Below, in pieces: positions 30,885-41,257 of a stretch of DNA of 64,000 nucleotides. A model generated the notes under the pieces. The model ran no database searches. It was not told the origin of the DNA and saw only the letters and a list, made by a program, of their open reading frames with translations. The stretch is from contig CAWJLW010000010.1 of the NCBI GenBank assembly GCA_963843795.1, positions 62,001-126,000 of the forward strand, read 5' to 3'. This DNA comes from an uncultured bacterium (lineage in GTDB: Bacteria > Armatimonadota > Abditibacteriia > Abditibacteriales > Abditibacteriaceae). Every line of letters begins with the position of its first letter. The stretch's first letter is position 1. The position numbers and the translations under genes are program-made.

Positions 30885-32141
30885 ATGAATTCAATTATCA
30901 GCGCGCAAAATTTGGGCAAAAGCTACCGCATCGGGCATCAGGCCGCAACGCACGACACGTTACGCGATATGTTGATGTCGGCAGTCCGCGCACCGTTCAA
31001 CGCGCTGCGCGGCGGTGAGGAAAATAATCGCGACGAAACCGTGTGGGCATTACGCGACATTTCGTTTGAAGTGCAGCAAGGCGAAATTTTCGGCCTTATC
31101 GGGCGCAACGGCGCGGGCAAAAGTACTTTGCTGAAATTACTGGCGCGCATCACCGAACCCAGCGCGGGACGCGCGGAAATTAATGGCCGTGTGGCTTCAC
31201 TTCTGGAAGTCGGGACCGGATTTCATCCCGAACTTACGGGCCGTGAGAATATTTTTCTCAATGGCGCAATTTTGGGAATGTCGCGGCGCGAAATCGAGCG
31301 CAAGTTCGATGAAATTGTAGCATTTTCCGAAGTGGAAAAATATCTCGATACGCCGGTCAAACGTTATTCGAGTGGGATGTTCACGCGACTGGCATTCGCA
31401 GTCGCGGCGCATTTAGAACCGGAAATTTTGTTAGTTGATGAAGTTTTAGCGGTTGGCGACCTGGCGTTCCAAAAGAAATGTCTGGGCAAAATGGGCGATG
31501 TGGCGCGGCAGGGCCGCACGATTTTTTTCGTCAGCCACAACATGGGCGCGATTAGTTCACTGTGTGGCAAAGTGATTTATTTGCAAAAAGGTCGCGTTAA
31601 ATCTATCGGGCAGACCGAAGAAATTGTGCACGAATTTCTGGGCGAAATGCTCAACAACGACATCACCGATCTGGCGCAACTGCGCTTGCCGGGCGTTACA
31701 CGCGAAATTGAATTCACCGATATTCAGCTAGTGGGCAACGGCGACACCCAACTCAAATTCGGCGAAAGCGTGCGCTACGAGTTGGAACTAAAATCGACGA
31801 TGCGCGCTGCCGGAGTGAGCATTGGTTCGAGCATTTTCAATTCGTCGGGCCACTGCGTTGGCACGCTGTTCACATCGCAAAACTTCGACATGGAGCGCGG
31901 GCAAACGCGGCGCTTGCAAATTCAAATCGATAACGTCGCACTGGCGCCGGGCCAGTATTATATGGGCATCAGCGTGGGGCGCGGCGGTGGCGATGTGGCG
32001 CGTCAGGATTTCGATATTATCATCGGTAAGCCTTCGTTTGAAGTCTCGCCCATTGCAATTGAAAATTCGCCCTTAGCGCACTGGAGTTCCAACTGGGGCG
32101 ATATTGTGCTGAAAGATACACGTTTAGAAATGTTGAGTTAA
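30885..32141 (+). CDS. wzt: Polysaccharide ABC exporter ATPase with C-terminal Wzt_C domain
   Basis: GRNGAGKST, YSSGM, VDEVLAVGD, VSH; start set at MNSIIS. Confidence 0.93.
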   Translation: MNSIISAQNLGKSYRIGHQAATHDTLRDMLMSAVRAPFNALRGGEENNRDETVWALRDISFEVQQGEIFGLIGRNGAGKSTLLKLLARITEPSAGRAEINGRVASLLEVGTGFHPELTGRENIFLNGAILGMSRREIERKFDEIVAFSEVEKYLDTPVKRYSSGMFTRLAFAVAAHLEPEILLVDEVLAVGDLAFQKKCLGKMGDVARQGRTIFFVSHNMGAISSLCGKVIYLQKGRVKSIGQTEEIVHEFLGEMLNNDITDLAQLRLPGVTREIEFTDIQLVGNGDTQLKFGESVRYELELKSTMRAAGVSIGSSIFNSSGHCVGTLFTSQNFDMERGQTRRLQIQIDNVALAPGQYYMGISVGRGGGDVARQDFDIIIGKPSFEVSPIAIENSPLAHWSSNWGDIVLKDTRLEMLS

Positions 32142-32192
32142 GGACGCAAGTAACTTGCGGCAGGCATTTGCCGCGAATTTTAGGAAACCATT

Positions 32193-32966
32193 ATGCGCGC
32201 AGTAATTTTAGCTGGCGGACTGGGCACGCGATTACAAGAACAAACCACGGTGAAACCCAAACCGATGGTCGAAATTGGCGGTCATCCGATGCTGTGGCAT
32301 GTCATGAAATGCTACGCGCATTTCGGCATCGACGATTTCGTAGTGGCTCTGGGCTACAAGGGCGAAGTCATCAAAGATTATTTCGTCAATTATCATAGCC
32401 GCTCGCACGACCTGACCGTGCACCTCAAAAGCGGACGCGTCGAAATGCTGGGCGGTGACGCCTGCGAAGATTGGCGCGTGCAACTGGTTGATACCGGCGA
32501 CAATTCGATGACCGGTGGCCGCGTCAAGCGCGCCGCACAATTCGTCGACAACGAAACTTTTTTGATGACGTATGGCGATGGCGTGGCCGACGTCGATATT
32601 GCAAAGCTCATCGAATTTCATCGCAGTCACGGCAAATTGGCCACAATGACCGCCGTGCGCCCGCCCGCGCGTTTCGGCGGCATTCGTTTCGACGGTGATG
32701 CGATTGCACATTTCGAGGAAAAGCCTCAAATTGGTGAAGGTTGGATCAATGGAGGTTTCTTCGTTCTCGAACCGCAAATCGTTGATTACATCGCCAACGA
32801 CGCAACAATTTTCGAACGCGAACCATTGGAACGTTTAGCCGCTGAAGGACAACTGATGGCTTATCGCCATGACGGTTTCTGGCAGTGCATGGACACGTTG
32901 CGCGATGTGCAATTGCTGGAGCAGTTGTGGCAAGACGATCAAGCTCCGTGGCGCTACGATTCGTAA
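32193..32966 (+). CDS. rfbF: Glucose-1-phosphate cytidylyltransferase
   Basis: ILAGGLGTR, KPKPMVEIG, MTGGR, INGGFFV, FWQCMDTLRD. Confidence 0.95.
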   Translation: MRAVILAGGLGTRLQEQTTVKPKPMVEIGGHPMLWHVMKCYAHFGIDDFVVALGYKGEVIKDYFVNYHSRSHDLTVHLKSGRVEMLGGDACEDWRVQLVDTGDNSMTGGRVKRAAQFVDNETFLMTYGDGVADVDIAKLIEFHRSHGKLATMTAVRPPARFGGIRFDGDAIAHFEEKPQIGEGWINGGFFVLEPQIVDYIANDATIFEREPLERLAAEGQLMAYRHDGFWQCMDTLRDVQLLEQLWQDDQAPWRYDS

Positions 32967-33004
32967 GCGCAATTTTATTTCATCAAATTGTAAACAGACG
33001 CTAT

Positions 33005-33052
33005 AATTCACTACAAGCCGCTGCAAGTACTTGCAGCGGCTTGTAGTGAATT
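33005..33052. repeat. 48-bp perfect palindrome centred on GCAAGTACTTGC
   Basis: AATTCACTACAAGCCGCTGCAAGT|ACTTGCAGCGGCTTGTAGTGAATT. Confidence 0.95.
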
Positions 33053-33068
33053 TTCGAGGAGAAATCTC

Positions 33069-33344
33069 ATGGCCAAAAGCTGTTCGCATCTGGATACAAT
33101 TCGAAATCCCGCGCCAAAAACCCCGCAAGGCTGCGAAGAATGTTTGCAAATGGGCGACGAGTGGGTGCACTTGCGCTTGTGCGAAACTTGCGGCCACGTC
33201 GGCTGCTGTGACGATTCCAAGAACAAGCACGCCACCAAACATTTTCACGCAACACAACATCCGATCATCAAATCGTTCGAGCCGGGCGAAGAATGGGGTT
33301 ACTGCTACGTCGATGATCTGTTCATGGAGCAGCTGCCCTCATGA
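33069..33344 (+). CDS. UBP-type zinc finger protein
   Basis: CSHL...GCEECL...WVHLRLCETCGHVGCCDDS...HA..HF...HP; GAGGAG site. Confidence 0.92.
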   Translation: MAKSCSHLDTIRNPAPKTPQGCEECLQMGDEWVHLRLCETCGHVGCCDDSKNKHATKHFHATQHPIIKSFEPGEEWGYCYVDDLFMEQLPS

Positions 33345-35047
33345 GCGAAAATCAAGATAATCTGGACGCCACGCGCGAGCATGAGCGCAGAGATAGCACC
33401 GCAAGTTACAAGCGGAATTTCCCGTCGGCGTTTTCACAGATCGACGCTCAGCACATGGCGGTCGTCGAAGAGTTTGCCGAATGCAAAACGTATCACGATG
33501 GCGAAATGCTGTTTCGCGCGGGCGATACCGAGTTCAAATTCTGCGTTATCAAGTCGGGCCGCGTTGAAATTATCGACCGCTCATCGGGCACGCCGCGCAC
33601 GCTTTTGGTGCACGAGCCGGGCAGTTTTACCGGCGATTTGGCCAATCTATCCGGTCGTTCGTCGAACGTGGACGCCGTCGCGCTGGGCGAAACCGAAGTC
33701 TATGAAATTTGCCAGCCGAATTTACAGCATATTATTAGCGAACGGCCCGCTCTGAGTGAACTGATTCTCAACACGTTCATCGTCCGTTCGTGCGCGCTCA
33801 AAGAGAAAGGTGATTTCACTGGTTTGCGCGTTATCGGTTCGCAATATTCGCAGGACACTTTTCGCATTCGCGATTTTTTGTCCAAGAATAACGTCTTGTT
33901 CACCTGGCTCGATGTCGAAGCCGATGATCAGGTGAAAGGGCTACTGCAACAATTCGCGGTGCGCCCCGAAGACACGCCGGTCGTGAGCTATGCCGATGAT
34001 TGGCTGTTGCGCAACCCGACCAACAGTGAACTGGCGAGCAAAATTGGTATCAAGCGCACTTTAGATGCGCGCAAGGTTTACGATTTCGTCATTGTCGGTG
34101 GCGGCCCGGCGGGTTTGGCCGCGGCGGTTTACGGTGCCTCGGAAGGCTTGAACACGGTTTTACTGGAGCGCATTGCGCCCGGCGGCCAGGCCGGAACCAG
34201 TTCGAAAATCGAAAATTATCTGGGTTTCCCCACCGGACTTTCCGGTGCTGAACTGGCCGCACGCGCGACGGTGCAAGCGCAAAAATTCGGCGCCGAACTT
34301 TCCACGCCAGCCCAAGTGACGAAATTGTGCTTCGATGGCCGATTTCCAATGGTCGAGCTCGATGACGGCGAAGCGATTACCGCCAAAGCGCTGTTGATTG
34401 CCAGCGGCGCGGAATATCGCAAGTTGAACGTGCCGGGACGCGAGCGTTTCGATGGCGCGGGCGTTTATTACGCGGCGACTTCGATGGAAGCCAAGATTTG
34501 TGGCGGTGAACAAGTGATTGTCGTCGGCGGCGGCAATTCCGCTGGACAAGCGGCGATTTTTCTTTCGGGCACAGTGCGCCGAGTTTTTCTGATGATTCGC
34601 GGCGATAATTTGCCACAAACCATGTCGCATTACCTTTTGCAACGCATCGAAGATACTTCTAACATCGAAGTGCTAACTTACACCGAAATCGCGGAAATGC
34701 GCGGCGACGGTCATCTCGAAAGTGTAGAAATTGCGAATCGGCAAAGCGGAGAAAAACGCGAATTGCCCGTGGCTGCAGTTTTCTCGTTTATCGGCGCCGT
34801 TCCGCGCACCGGTTGGCTGCCCGAAGAAATCGAAACCGACGAAAATGGTTTTGTCTGCACCGGCACGGCGGTCGCGAATTCGCCGCAGTGGAACGCCCCG
34901 CGCCAACCGTTTTTCCTGGAAACCAGCCGCGCGGGCGTTTTCGCGGCGGGCGATGTGCGCGCTGGTTCGGTGAAACGCGTGGCTTCAGCAGTTGGCGAAG
35001 GCTCGATGACGGTGCAATTCGTCCACGAATATCTCAAAGAAATTTGA
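33341..35047 (+). CDS. cNMP-binding domain fused to thioredoxin reductase-like FAD oxidoreductase
   Basis: N-terminal cNMP domain; GGGPAG, GGQAGTSSKIENYLGFP, GGGNSAGQAA, GVFAAGDVR; no CxxC (YYAAT). Confidence 0.9.
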   Translation: MSENQDNLDATREHERRDSTASYKRNFPSAFSQIDAQHMAVVEEFAECKTYHDGEMLFRAGDTEFKFCVIKSGRVEIIDRSSGTPRTLLVHEPGSFTGDLANLSGRSSNVDAVALGETEVYEICQPNLQHIISERPALSELILNTFIVRSCALKEKGDFTGLRVIGSQYSQDTFRIRDFLSKNNVLFTWLDVEADDQVKGLLQQFAVRPEDTPVVSYADDWLLRNPTNSELASKIGIKRTLDARKVYDFVIVGGGPAGLAAAVYGASEGLNTVLLERIAPGGQAGTSSKIENYLGFPTGLSGAELAARATVQAQKFGAELSTPAQVTKLCFDGRFPMVELDDGEAITAKALLIASGAEYRKLNVPGRERFDGAGVYYAATSMEAKICGGEQVIVVGGGNSAGQAAIFLSGTVRRVFLMIRGDNLPQTMSHYLLQRIEDTSNIEVLTYTEIAEMRGDGHLESVEIANRQSGEKRELPVAAVFSFIGAVPRTGWLPEEIETDENGFVCTGTAVANSPQWNAPRQPFFLETSRAGVFAAGDVRAGSVKRVASAVGEGSMTVQFVHEYLKEI

Positions 35048-35067
35048 TTTCAGTTATCAAAGCGCAA

Positions 35068-35103
35068 CTTTTAGCTGCTGCAAGTACTTGCAGCAGCTAA
35101 AAG
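35068..35103. repeat. 36-bp perfect palindrome centred on GCAAGTACTTGC
   Basis: CTTTTAGCTGCTGCAAGT|ACTTGCAGCAGCTAAAAG. Confidence 0.92.
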
Positions 35104-35165
35104 CGCGTCGAATTGTAAACTGCCACGCACAATCCAAATTCACTTTATTTACAAATTCACTTCTT

Positions 35166-35615
35166 ATGATTGATGGAGTTCTGGTTCTGCCGCTACGACA
35201 AATTCCCGACGAGCGCGGGAAAATTATGCACATGCTGCGCTGCGATGCGCCACATTTCGAAAAATTTGGCGAAATTTATTTTTCGACCGTGCATCCCGGC
35301 GTTATCAAAGCGTGGCACATTCATTCGGAAATGGTGCTCAATTATGCCGTGGTTTCGGGCAGCGTAAAATTGGCGTTATACGACGAACGCGACGATTCGC
35401 CAACCAAAGGCGAAGTGCAAGAAATGGTCGTTGGCGACGGCAATTACGTTCTGGTGCAGATTCCGCCCGGCGTGTGGAACGGTTTCATGGGCGTCGGAAC
35501 ACAAACCGCGATTGTCGCCAACTGCTCGACGACGCCGCACGATCCGCAGGAAATTTCGCGCGTCGATCCGCTCGAAAATCACATTCCCTACGATTGGGCT
35601 TTGAAGCATCGTTAA
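35166..35615 (+). CDS. RmlC-like cupin (NDP-4-keto-sugar 3,5-epimerase)
   Basis: DERG, PGVIKAWHIH, DERDDSPT, IPPGVWNGF. Confidence 0.85.
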   Translation: MIDGVLVLPLRQIPDERGKIMHMLRCDAPHFEKFGEIYFSTVHPGVIKAWHIHSEMVLNYAVVSGSVKLALYDERDDSPTKGEVQEMVVGDGNYVLVQIPPGVWNGFMGVGTQTAIVANCSTTPHDPQEISRVDPLENHIPYDWALKHR

Positions 35616-35681
35616 AGCGTGTTGCAAAACGCCCTGCAAGTACTCTGCAGGACGTTTTGCGCCCCCAAACTCCCCTTTTTC

Positions 35682-36560
35682 ATGAATTCTCATCTCGTAA
35701 TTGGCGCTTCGGGCCAGGTCGGCGAACATCTTTTGAACGCATTGCACGCGCACGATTTGCCCGCATTGGGCACCTATTTTCGTCACGAAGTGCCCGTAAT
35801 GACCGCGCTCGATGTGCGCGATGCCCAAGCCGTGCGCGAATTAATCGAGCGCGTGCAGCCGCCGACAATTTATCTGCCCGCTTCGCTGACTCACGTCGAT
35901 TGGTGCGAAGAAAATGTGGAAGAAAGTTTCGCCATCAATGTTCAAGGCGCAGTGAATGTCGCGCGCGCAGCGCAGGAAATTGGCGCGAAGCTGGTTTATT
36001 TTTCTTCCGATTACGTTTTCGATGGCGAAAACGGGCCGTATGATGAAAGCGATGTGGCGCATCCGATTAGCGAATATGGACGGCAAAAAGTGCTGGCCGA
36101 ACATTATCTGGCGCTGCATCAGCCGAACGCTTTGATTATTCGTACCACCGTGGTTTACGGTTGGGAGCGACAGGGAAAAAATTTCGTGCAACGCTTGCGC
36201 GAAGTGTTGGGTCGAGGCGAACGTATGCGCGTGCCGGTCGATCAAATCGGCAGTCCGTCGTATGCGCCCGATGTGGCGCGGGCGAGCGTGGAATTGGCGC
36301 AGATGAATGCGCGCGGCGTGTTTCATGTCGCGGGGCCGAAACTGGCAGATCGCTACGAATTTGCGTGCACTGCGGCGCGCGTTTTCGGGTTGGATGAAAA
36401 CTTGTTAGATGCGGTGACAACCGCAGAATTAGGACAAGTCGCGCCGCGCCCCTTGCGGGCGGGAATGCGCGTCGAGAAAGCCGTTGCTACACTGCAACGC
36501 CCGCTGCTTGGCTTTGAAGAAGGTTTGCAAATCATGGCGGAGACGAAGCCGGAAGGATAA
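35682..36560 (+). CDS. RmlD-like NDP-4-keto-sugar reductase (SDR)
   Basis: [27 protein letters not shown]. Confidence 0.88.
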   Translation: MNSHLVIGASGQVGEHLLNALHAHDLPALGTYFRHEVPVMTALDVRDAQAVRELIERVQPPTIYLPASLTHVDWCEENVEESFAINVQGAVNVARAAQEIGAKLVYFSSDYVFDGENGPYDESDVAHPISEYGRQKVLAEHYLALHQPNALIIRTTVVYGWERQGKNFVQRLREVLGRGERMRVPVDQIGSPSYAPDVARASVELAQMNARGVFHVAGPKLADRYEFACTAARVFGLDENLLDAVTTAELGQVAPRPLRAGMRVEKAVATLQRPLLGFEEGLQIMAETKPEG

Positions 36561-36568
36561 TAGAACTG

Positions 36569-37939
36569 ATGACAGATGAGAATTGGACGGACGACCGATT
36601 AACGGCGGCGCAGACCCCACAGCAGCACGACAACGCCGAAGATTTGCGCGCGCAAATCTTAGAATTGACTGACCGCTATCATCGCGCGCAATGGCCGCAC
36701 ACGGAATTCGTGGCGGGTGAAACGCCGGTGCCGGTTTCGGGCAAAGTTTTCGATGGTGAAGATTTGCGTTTCCTGCTCGATGCGTCCTTAGATTTCTGGC
36801 TCACGACCGGTCGCTACGGCGAAGAATTCGAGCGCGAGTTCGCCAAATTCTGCAATGTGCGCCACGCGTTGTTGTGCAACTCCGGTTCGTCGGCCGATTT
36901 GCTGGCTTTCACCGCGTTGACCTCGCCCAAACTGGGCGACGAGCGCATCAAGCCCGGCGATGAAGTCATCACCGTCGCGGCAGGTTTTCCAACAACAGTC
37001 AACCCGATTGTGCAGCACGGTATGGTGCCGGTTTTTCTCGATATTGTACTGCCCACTTATGACGTGGACACCAAGCGTTTGGAAGAAGCTCTCACGCCCA
37101 AAACGCGCGCAATTATGATGGCGCACACGCTGGGCAATCCGTTCGATTTGGGCACCATAACCGCATTTGCCAAAAAGCACAATCTGTGGCTGGTTGAAGA
37201 CAACTGCGACGCGCTGGGTTCGACTTACGATGGCAAACTGACCGGCACTTTCGGCGATTTATCGACCGTGAGCTTTTATCCCGCGCATCATATCACGATG
37301 GGCGAAGGCGGCGCGGTTTTGACCAATCGCCCACGCCTGAAAACCATTGTCGAAAGCCTGCGCGACTGGGGTCGCGATTGCTGGTGCCCGCCGGGTTGCG
37401 ACAACACCTGTGGCAAGCGTTTCGAATGGAAATTGGGTGATTTGCCGCAGGGTTACGATCACAAATACATTTATTCTCATGTCGGCTACAACCTGAAAGT
37501 CACCGACATGCAGGCCGCAGTCGGCGTGTCGCAAATGAAGAAATTGCCCGCTTTTATCGAAGCACGCAAAGAAAATTTCCGCATTTTGTATGAAGCCTTA
37601 AAGCCGCTGGAAGAATTTCTGATTCTGCCCGAAGCCACACCCAAAAGCGACCCGAGCTGGTTCGGTTTTCTCCTCACCGTGCGCCCCGAAGCGCCATTCA
37701 CGCGCGATGAATTGGTGCAGCATTTGAACGTGGCCAAAATCGGCACGCGCTTGTTGTTCGCGGGCAATCTCACGCGCCAACCAGCTTACAAAGATGTGAA
37801 TTATCGCGTGGTGGGCGAATTGACCAATACGGATATGGTGATGAACTCAACCTTCTGGGTCGGCGTTTATCCCGGTCTCACACCACCAATGCTGCAATAT
37901 ATCGCGCAGAATATCCACGATTTTTGCACCAAGCACTGA
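36569..37939 (+). CDS. rfbH: CDP-4-keto-6-deoxyglucose 3-dehydratase (E1)
   Basis: [29 protein letters not shown] (His in place of Lys), WGRDCWC..GCDNTC Fe-S motif. Confidence 0.93.
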   Translation: MTDENWTDDRLTAAQTPQQHDNAEDLRAQILELTDRYHRAQWPHTEFVAGETPVPVSGKVFDGEDLRFLLDASLDFWLTTGRYGEEFEREFAKFCNVRHALLCNSGSSADLLAFTALTSPKLGDERIKPGDEVITVAAGFPTTVNPIVQHGMVPVFLDIVLPTYDVDTKRLEEALTPKTRAIMMAHTLGNPFDLGTITAFAKKHNLWLVEDNCDALGSTYDGKLTGTFGDLSTVSFYPAHHITMGEGGAVLTNRPRLKTIVESLRDWGRDCWCPPGCDNTCGKRFEWKLGDLPQGYDHKYIYSHVGYNLKVTDMQAAVGVSQMKKLPAFIEARKENFRILYEALKPLEEFLILPEATPKSDPSWFGFLLTVRPEAPFTRDELVQHLNVAKIGTRLLFAGNLTRQPAYKDVNYRVVGELTNTDMVMNSTFWVGVYPGLTPPMLQYIAQNIHDFCTKH

Positions 37940-37986
37940 AATGGAACCCGCTTGGCCCTGCAAGTACTTGCAGGGCCGTTTTTGTG

Positions 37987-39003
37987 ATGCCTGCCAAGTC
38001 TCCGCTTTCTCATCCTACTATTGCGCCGCTCGCTGCTGAAGCCGAGCGGTCGTTCTGGTCGGTGATGATTCCGGCGTATAAACGCATTGATTATCTCGAA
38101 CGCACCTTGCGCAGCGTGCTGGAACAAGCACCAGACGAGGCACAAATGCAAATTGAAGTGGTCGATAACGCTTCTCCTGGCGACGAAATCGAGCAGCTAG
38201 TGCGGCGCGTAGGTCAAGGGCGCGTGCAATATTTTCGTCATGAAACTAATCTGGGCATGGCGTGCAATTGGAACAGTTGCATTCAGCGCGCGCGCGGCGA
38301 GTGGATTCATATTTTGCACGACGACGACATGGTGTTGTCCAATTTTTATCATCGCTTTGAACGCTTGATCGAAAAGTATCCAAACGCGGCAATTTTAAGC
38401 GGTCCAGCGATTTTGGTGGACGAAAACGATAATGTCGTGCAAGCACCACAACAACCTTTGCGCGACGGGAGCAACGAAAGTGATGGGGTGATGAAAAATT
38501 TTCTGGCGCGTCAGGCGTGCGAGAATTTGCTTTTAACGCCAACCGTCGTAGTGGCACGGCGGGTTTACGAAAAGCAGGGCGGTTTTTCGCCCGATTTGCA
38601 GCACACAGCCGACTGGGAAATGTGGTTTCGGGCCGCCCTGTGCGGTGATGCCATAGCCAGCGAACAGCCGGTAGCTTTTTATCGCCTTCACGCCGGAGCC
38701 GCGACCGCCAACGATGTGCGCACGGGCCGCAATATGAAAGACGGATTTTCAACCGTCAACGCTTGCTATGCGCGCTTGCCGGTTGCAATTCAGCAGCAGA
38801 TCAAAAACACAAAATATCGGCCCCTGGCGCAAAGTGCGAGCTCACTTTCAGTTTCTCTGGCACACAACGGAGATTTCGAAAGCAGCCTGCGACAGGCGAG
38901 CTGGGCGCTGCGGTTGTGGCCGGGACGCACCGCGTTCAAAGTGTGGCTGCACGCTTTAATGCGGATGTTGATGCGCGGTAAAACCAGCGCGCGGCGGTCT
39001 TAA
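37987..39003 (+). CDS. Glycosyltransferase family 2
   Basis: SVMIPAY, VVDNAS, HDDD, DWEMW. Confidence 0.9.
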   Translation: MPAKSPLSHPTIAPLAAEAERSFWSVMIPAYKRIDYLERTLRSVLEQAPDEAQMQIEVVDNASPGDEIEQLVRRVGQGRVQYFRHETNLGMACNWNSCIQRARGEWIHILHDDDMVLSNFYHRFERLIEKYPNAAILSGPAILVDENDNVVQAPQQPLRDGSNESDGVMKNFLARQACENLLLTPTVVVARRVYEKQGGFSPDLQHTADWEMWFRAALCGDAIASEQPVAFYRLHAGAATANDVRTGRNMKDGFSTVNACYARLPVAIQQQIKNTKYRPLAQSASSLSVSLAHNGDFESSLRQASWALRLWPGRTAFKVWLHALMRMLMRGKTSARRS

Positions 39004-39092
39004 AGCACACTGCAAGAAGCACACTGCAAGAGCATACTTGCAGCAACCCAAAAGCGCGTTTGTTAAATCAGGCGCTCGAATGAATAATTTTT

Positions 39093-40226
39093 ATGGCGAA
39101 GCGCAAAGTTTTATTGCTGTTACACACTTTAAATTTGACCGGCGCGCCCAAAATCGCGCTGGATGCCTTCGAGCAATTGCAAGACGAAGTCGAGTTACAA
39201 ATCATCACGATCAGAGGTGGCGCGTGGGAAGATCGCTGTCGGCGTCTGGGGCCATTGGCCATTTTAGAACGCTTGCCGCAGGGCAACGCGCCCTGGCAGC
39301 GCGCGCGGCGCATCGCGGCCAAAGCCATTTGGGCACGACGCTGGCAAAACTGGCAACCGGATGTGATTTATATCAATAGCGTGGCCGCGCTGCCGTTGGC
39401 CAACAATCTGCGTCTGCCCCAGTCTCCCGCGTTGCTTCATGTGCATGAATTGAAAAGTATCACCGAACAATTTGCAGGCGATTGTCTGGAATTATTGGCT
39501 CATTGGCCCCAACGCTATCTTGCAGTTTCGAGCGCCGTAGTAAAGAGTCTGGTAGAAAATTATCGGGTCGCCGCACAGAACATCGCGCTGGTGCACGAAT
39601 TTGTGCCCGATGCTGATTTCGAGCGCACGGCAGCGCTGTTATCAAAGCCCTCTACAAACGGTGACGGACGGCGTTTTGTGGTGGGCGGCGCCGGTTATCC
39701 GTCTTGGCGCAAGGGGCCGCTGTTATGGCTGCAAATGGCAGTCGAACTGGTGAAATTGCTGGGACGCGATGTGGTGCGTTTCGTGTGGGTCGGCGTGACG
39801 GAGAATGAAGAAGGCGCGGTTTTCCGGGAAATGGCGCGCAAGTTGGGTTTGGATGATGTCATTGAATGGGTAGCAGTGACGCCAGAACCGTTGCCGCAGT
39901 TGGCACGCTGCGATGTTTTCGCCATGACTTCGTGGGAAGACCCATGCCCGATTGTAGTTCTGGAAGCCATGATGCTGCAAAAACCGGTCGTTTGTTTCGC
40001 ACACAGTGGCGGCGCGCCCGAAGAAGTAGGGGATGCAGGCTGCGCGGTCGCGGATTTTTCGCCCCTGCTAATGGCACAACAACTGGCCGCGTGGTACGCT
40101 GAACCCGCCAAAGTGGCCGCGATGGGCCAACGGGCACGGCGGCGAGTGCAAAATCAGTTCATAGCTTCGGTGCAAACGCCGAAAATTCTGGCAGAGATCG
40201 ACCGTCTCATCACGGCCAAACCTTAA
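39093..40226 (+). CDS. Glycosyltransferase family 4
   Basis: GAP, HVHE, RKG, SWEDPCPIVVLEAM. Confidence 0.88.
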   Translation: MAKRKVLLLLHTLNLTGAPKIALDAFEQLQDEVELQIITIRGGAWEDRCRRLGPLAILERLPQGNAPWQRARRIAAKAIWARRWQNWQPDVIYINSVAALPLANNLRLPQSPALLHVHELKSITEQFAGDCLELLAHWPQRYLAVSSAVVKSLVENYRVAAQNIALVHEFVPDADFERTAALLSKPSTNGDGRRFVVGGAGYPSWRKGPLLWLQMAVELVKLLGRDVVRFVWVGVTENEEGAVFREMARKLGLDDVIEWVAVTPEPLPQLARCDVFAMTSWEDPCPIVVLEAMMLQKPVVCFAHSGGAPEEVGDAGCAVADFSPLLMAQQLAAWYAEPAKVAAMGQRARRRVQNQFIASVQTPKILAEIDRLITAKP

Positions 40227-40241
40227 AACGCTTTCTTGTTC

Positions 40242-41195
40242 ATGCAAAACTCTTCTGCATCTCCGACGGTTTCTGTTGTCATTCCGACTTATCGGCACCG
40301 CGATTTCGTGTTACAAACGCTTGAAACCGTGTGGGCGCAAACTTTCACCGATTTTGAAGTGATCGTGGTCAACGATGGCTCTCCCGACGATAGCGCTCAA
40401 CTGCTGCGGCCTCTGGCACAAAGCGGGCGCATTCGCTATATCGAGCAGGAGAACCAAGGTCAGGCCGTCGCTCGCAATCGCGGATTGCAGGAGGCGCGCG
40501 GCGAATTCGTGGCGTTTCTAGATGACGATGATTTGTGGCCACCACAAAAGTTGGCCCGTCAGGTCGCAGAATTACGCGCTCATCCGCAAGCTGTTTTGGT
40601 ATATGGCCATATCGAAACCGTACCCACTGAAAACCAAGCAGCTTTGGTTTACACTGCGCCCGAATCGCCCACCGGTCAGGTGAAGCGTCAATTTCTTGCG
40701 CGCAATTGGATCGTGACGCCCGGACAAACTCTGATTCGAGCGACGACACTGCGCGAACTGGGTGGCTTCGACACGACGTTATGGGGCGTTGATGACTGGG
40801 ATTTGTATATTCGTCTGGCCAAACGCGGCGATTTTATTTATCGCGTCGAGCTGGCTTTGCAGTATCGTTTGCATACCCTGAACGCTTCCAAAAATAGCTG
40901 GCGGATGTATCAAAACGCCCGACGCTTGCAACGCAAACATTTCGGGAGCTGGCCCAAACCGCGCGACATCAGTTTGTGGTGGCAATCGCGCCGTTTTCTC
41001 GGAAAATACGCGAGCGATATGGCCGAAGCCGCAGAACAAATGGCACAGCGCGGCCAGAAAACCGAAGCGCTGAAAATGTGGTGCAGATCGATCACAATGC
41101 AGCCCCATCCACTGACGCGAACCACAGCCCACACCGTTTTCAAACGCATCGTCCCGCTGCTGTGGAATCGAAATAACAGGAAAGCACGCGCTTGA
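40242..41195 (+). CDS. Glycosyltransferase family 2
   Basis: VSVVIPTY, VNDGSPD, ARNRG, FLDDDD, DDWDL. Confidence 0.92.
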   Translation: MQNSSASPTVSVVIPTYRHRDFVLQTLETVWAQTFTDFEVIVVNDGSPDDSAQLLRPLAQSGRIRYIEQENQGQAVARNRGLQEARGEFVAFLDDDDLWPPQKLARQVAELRAHPQAVLVYGHIETVPTENQAALVYTAPESPTGQVKRQFLARNWIVTPGQTLIRATTLRELGGFDTTLWGVDDWDLYIRLAKRGDFIYRVELALQYRLHTLNASKNSWRMYQNARRLQRKHFGSWPKPRDISLWWQSRRFLGKYASDMAEAAEQMAQRGQKTEALKMWCRSITMQPHPLTRTTAHTVFKRIVPLLWNRNNRKARA

Positions 41196-41257
41196 AGCCG
41201 CCTGCAAGTACTTGCAGAGCGTGAATCAGAAGTGGCGATGCGATTGAAAATAATTTT

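Noticed and set aside
31089..31100. AAAGTACTTT (also AAGTACTT near 56654) as motif copies
   Set aside because: Only the inner 8 bp match and they are explained by coding (Walker A GKST); not counted.
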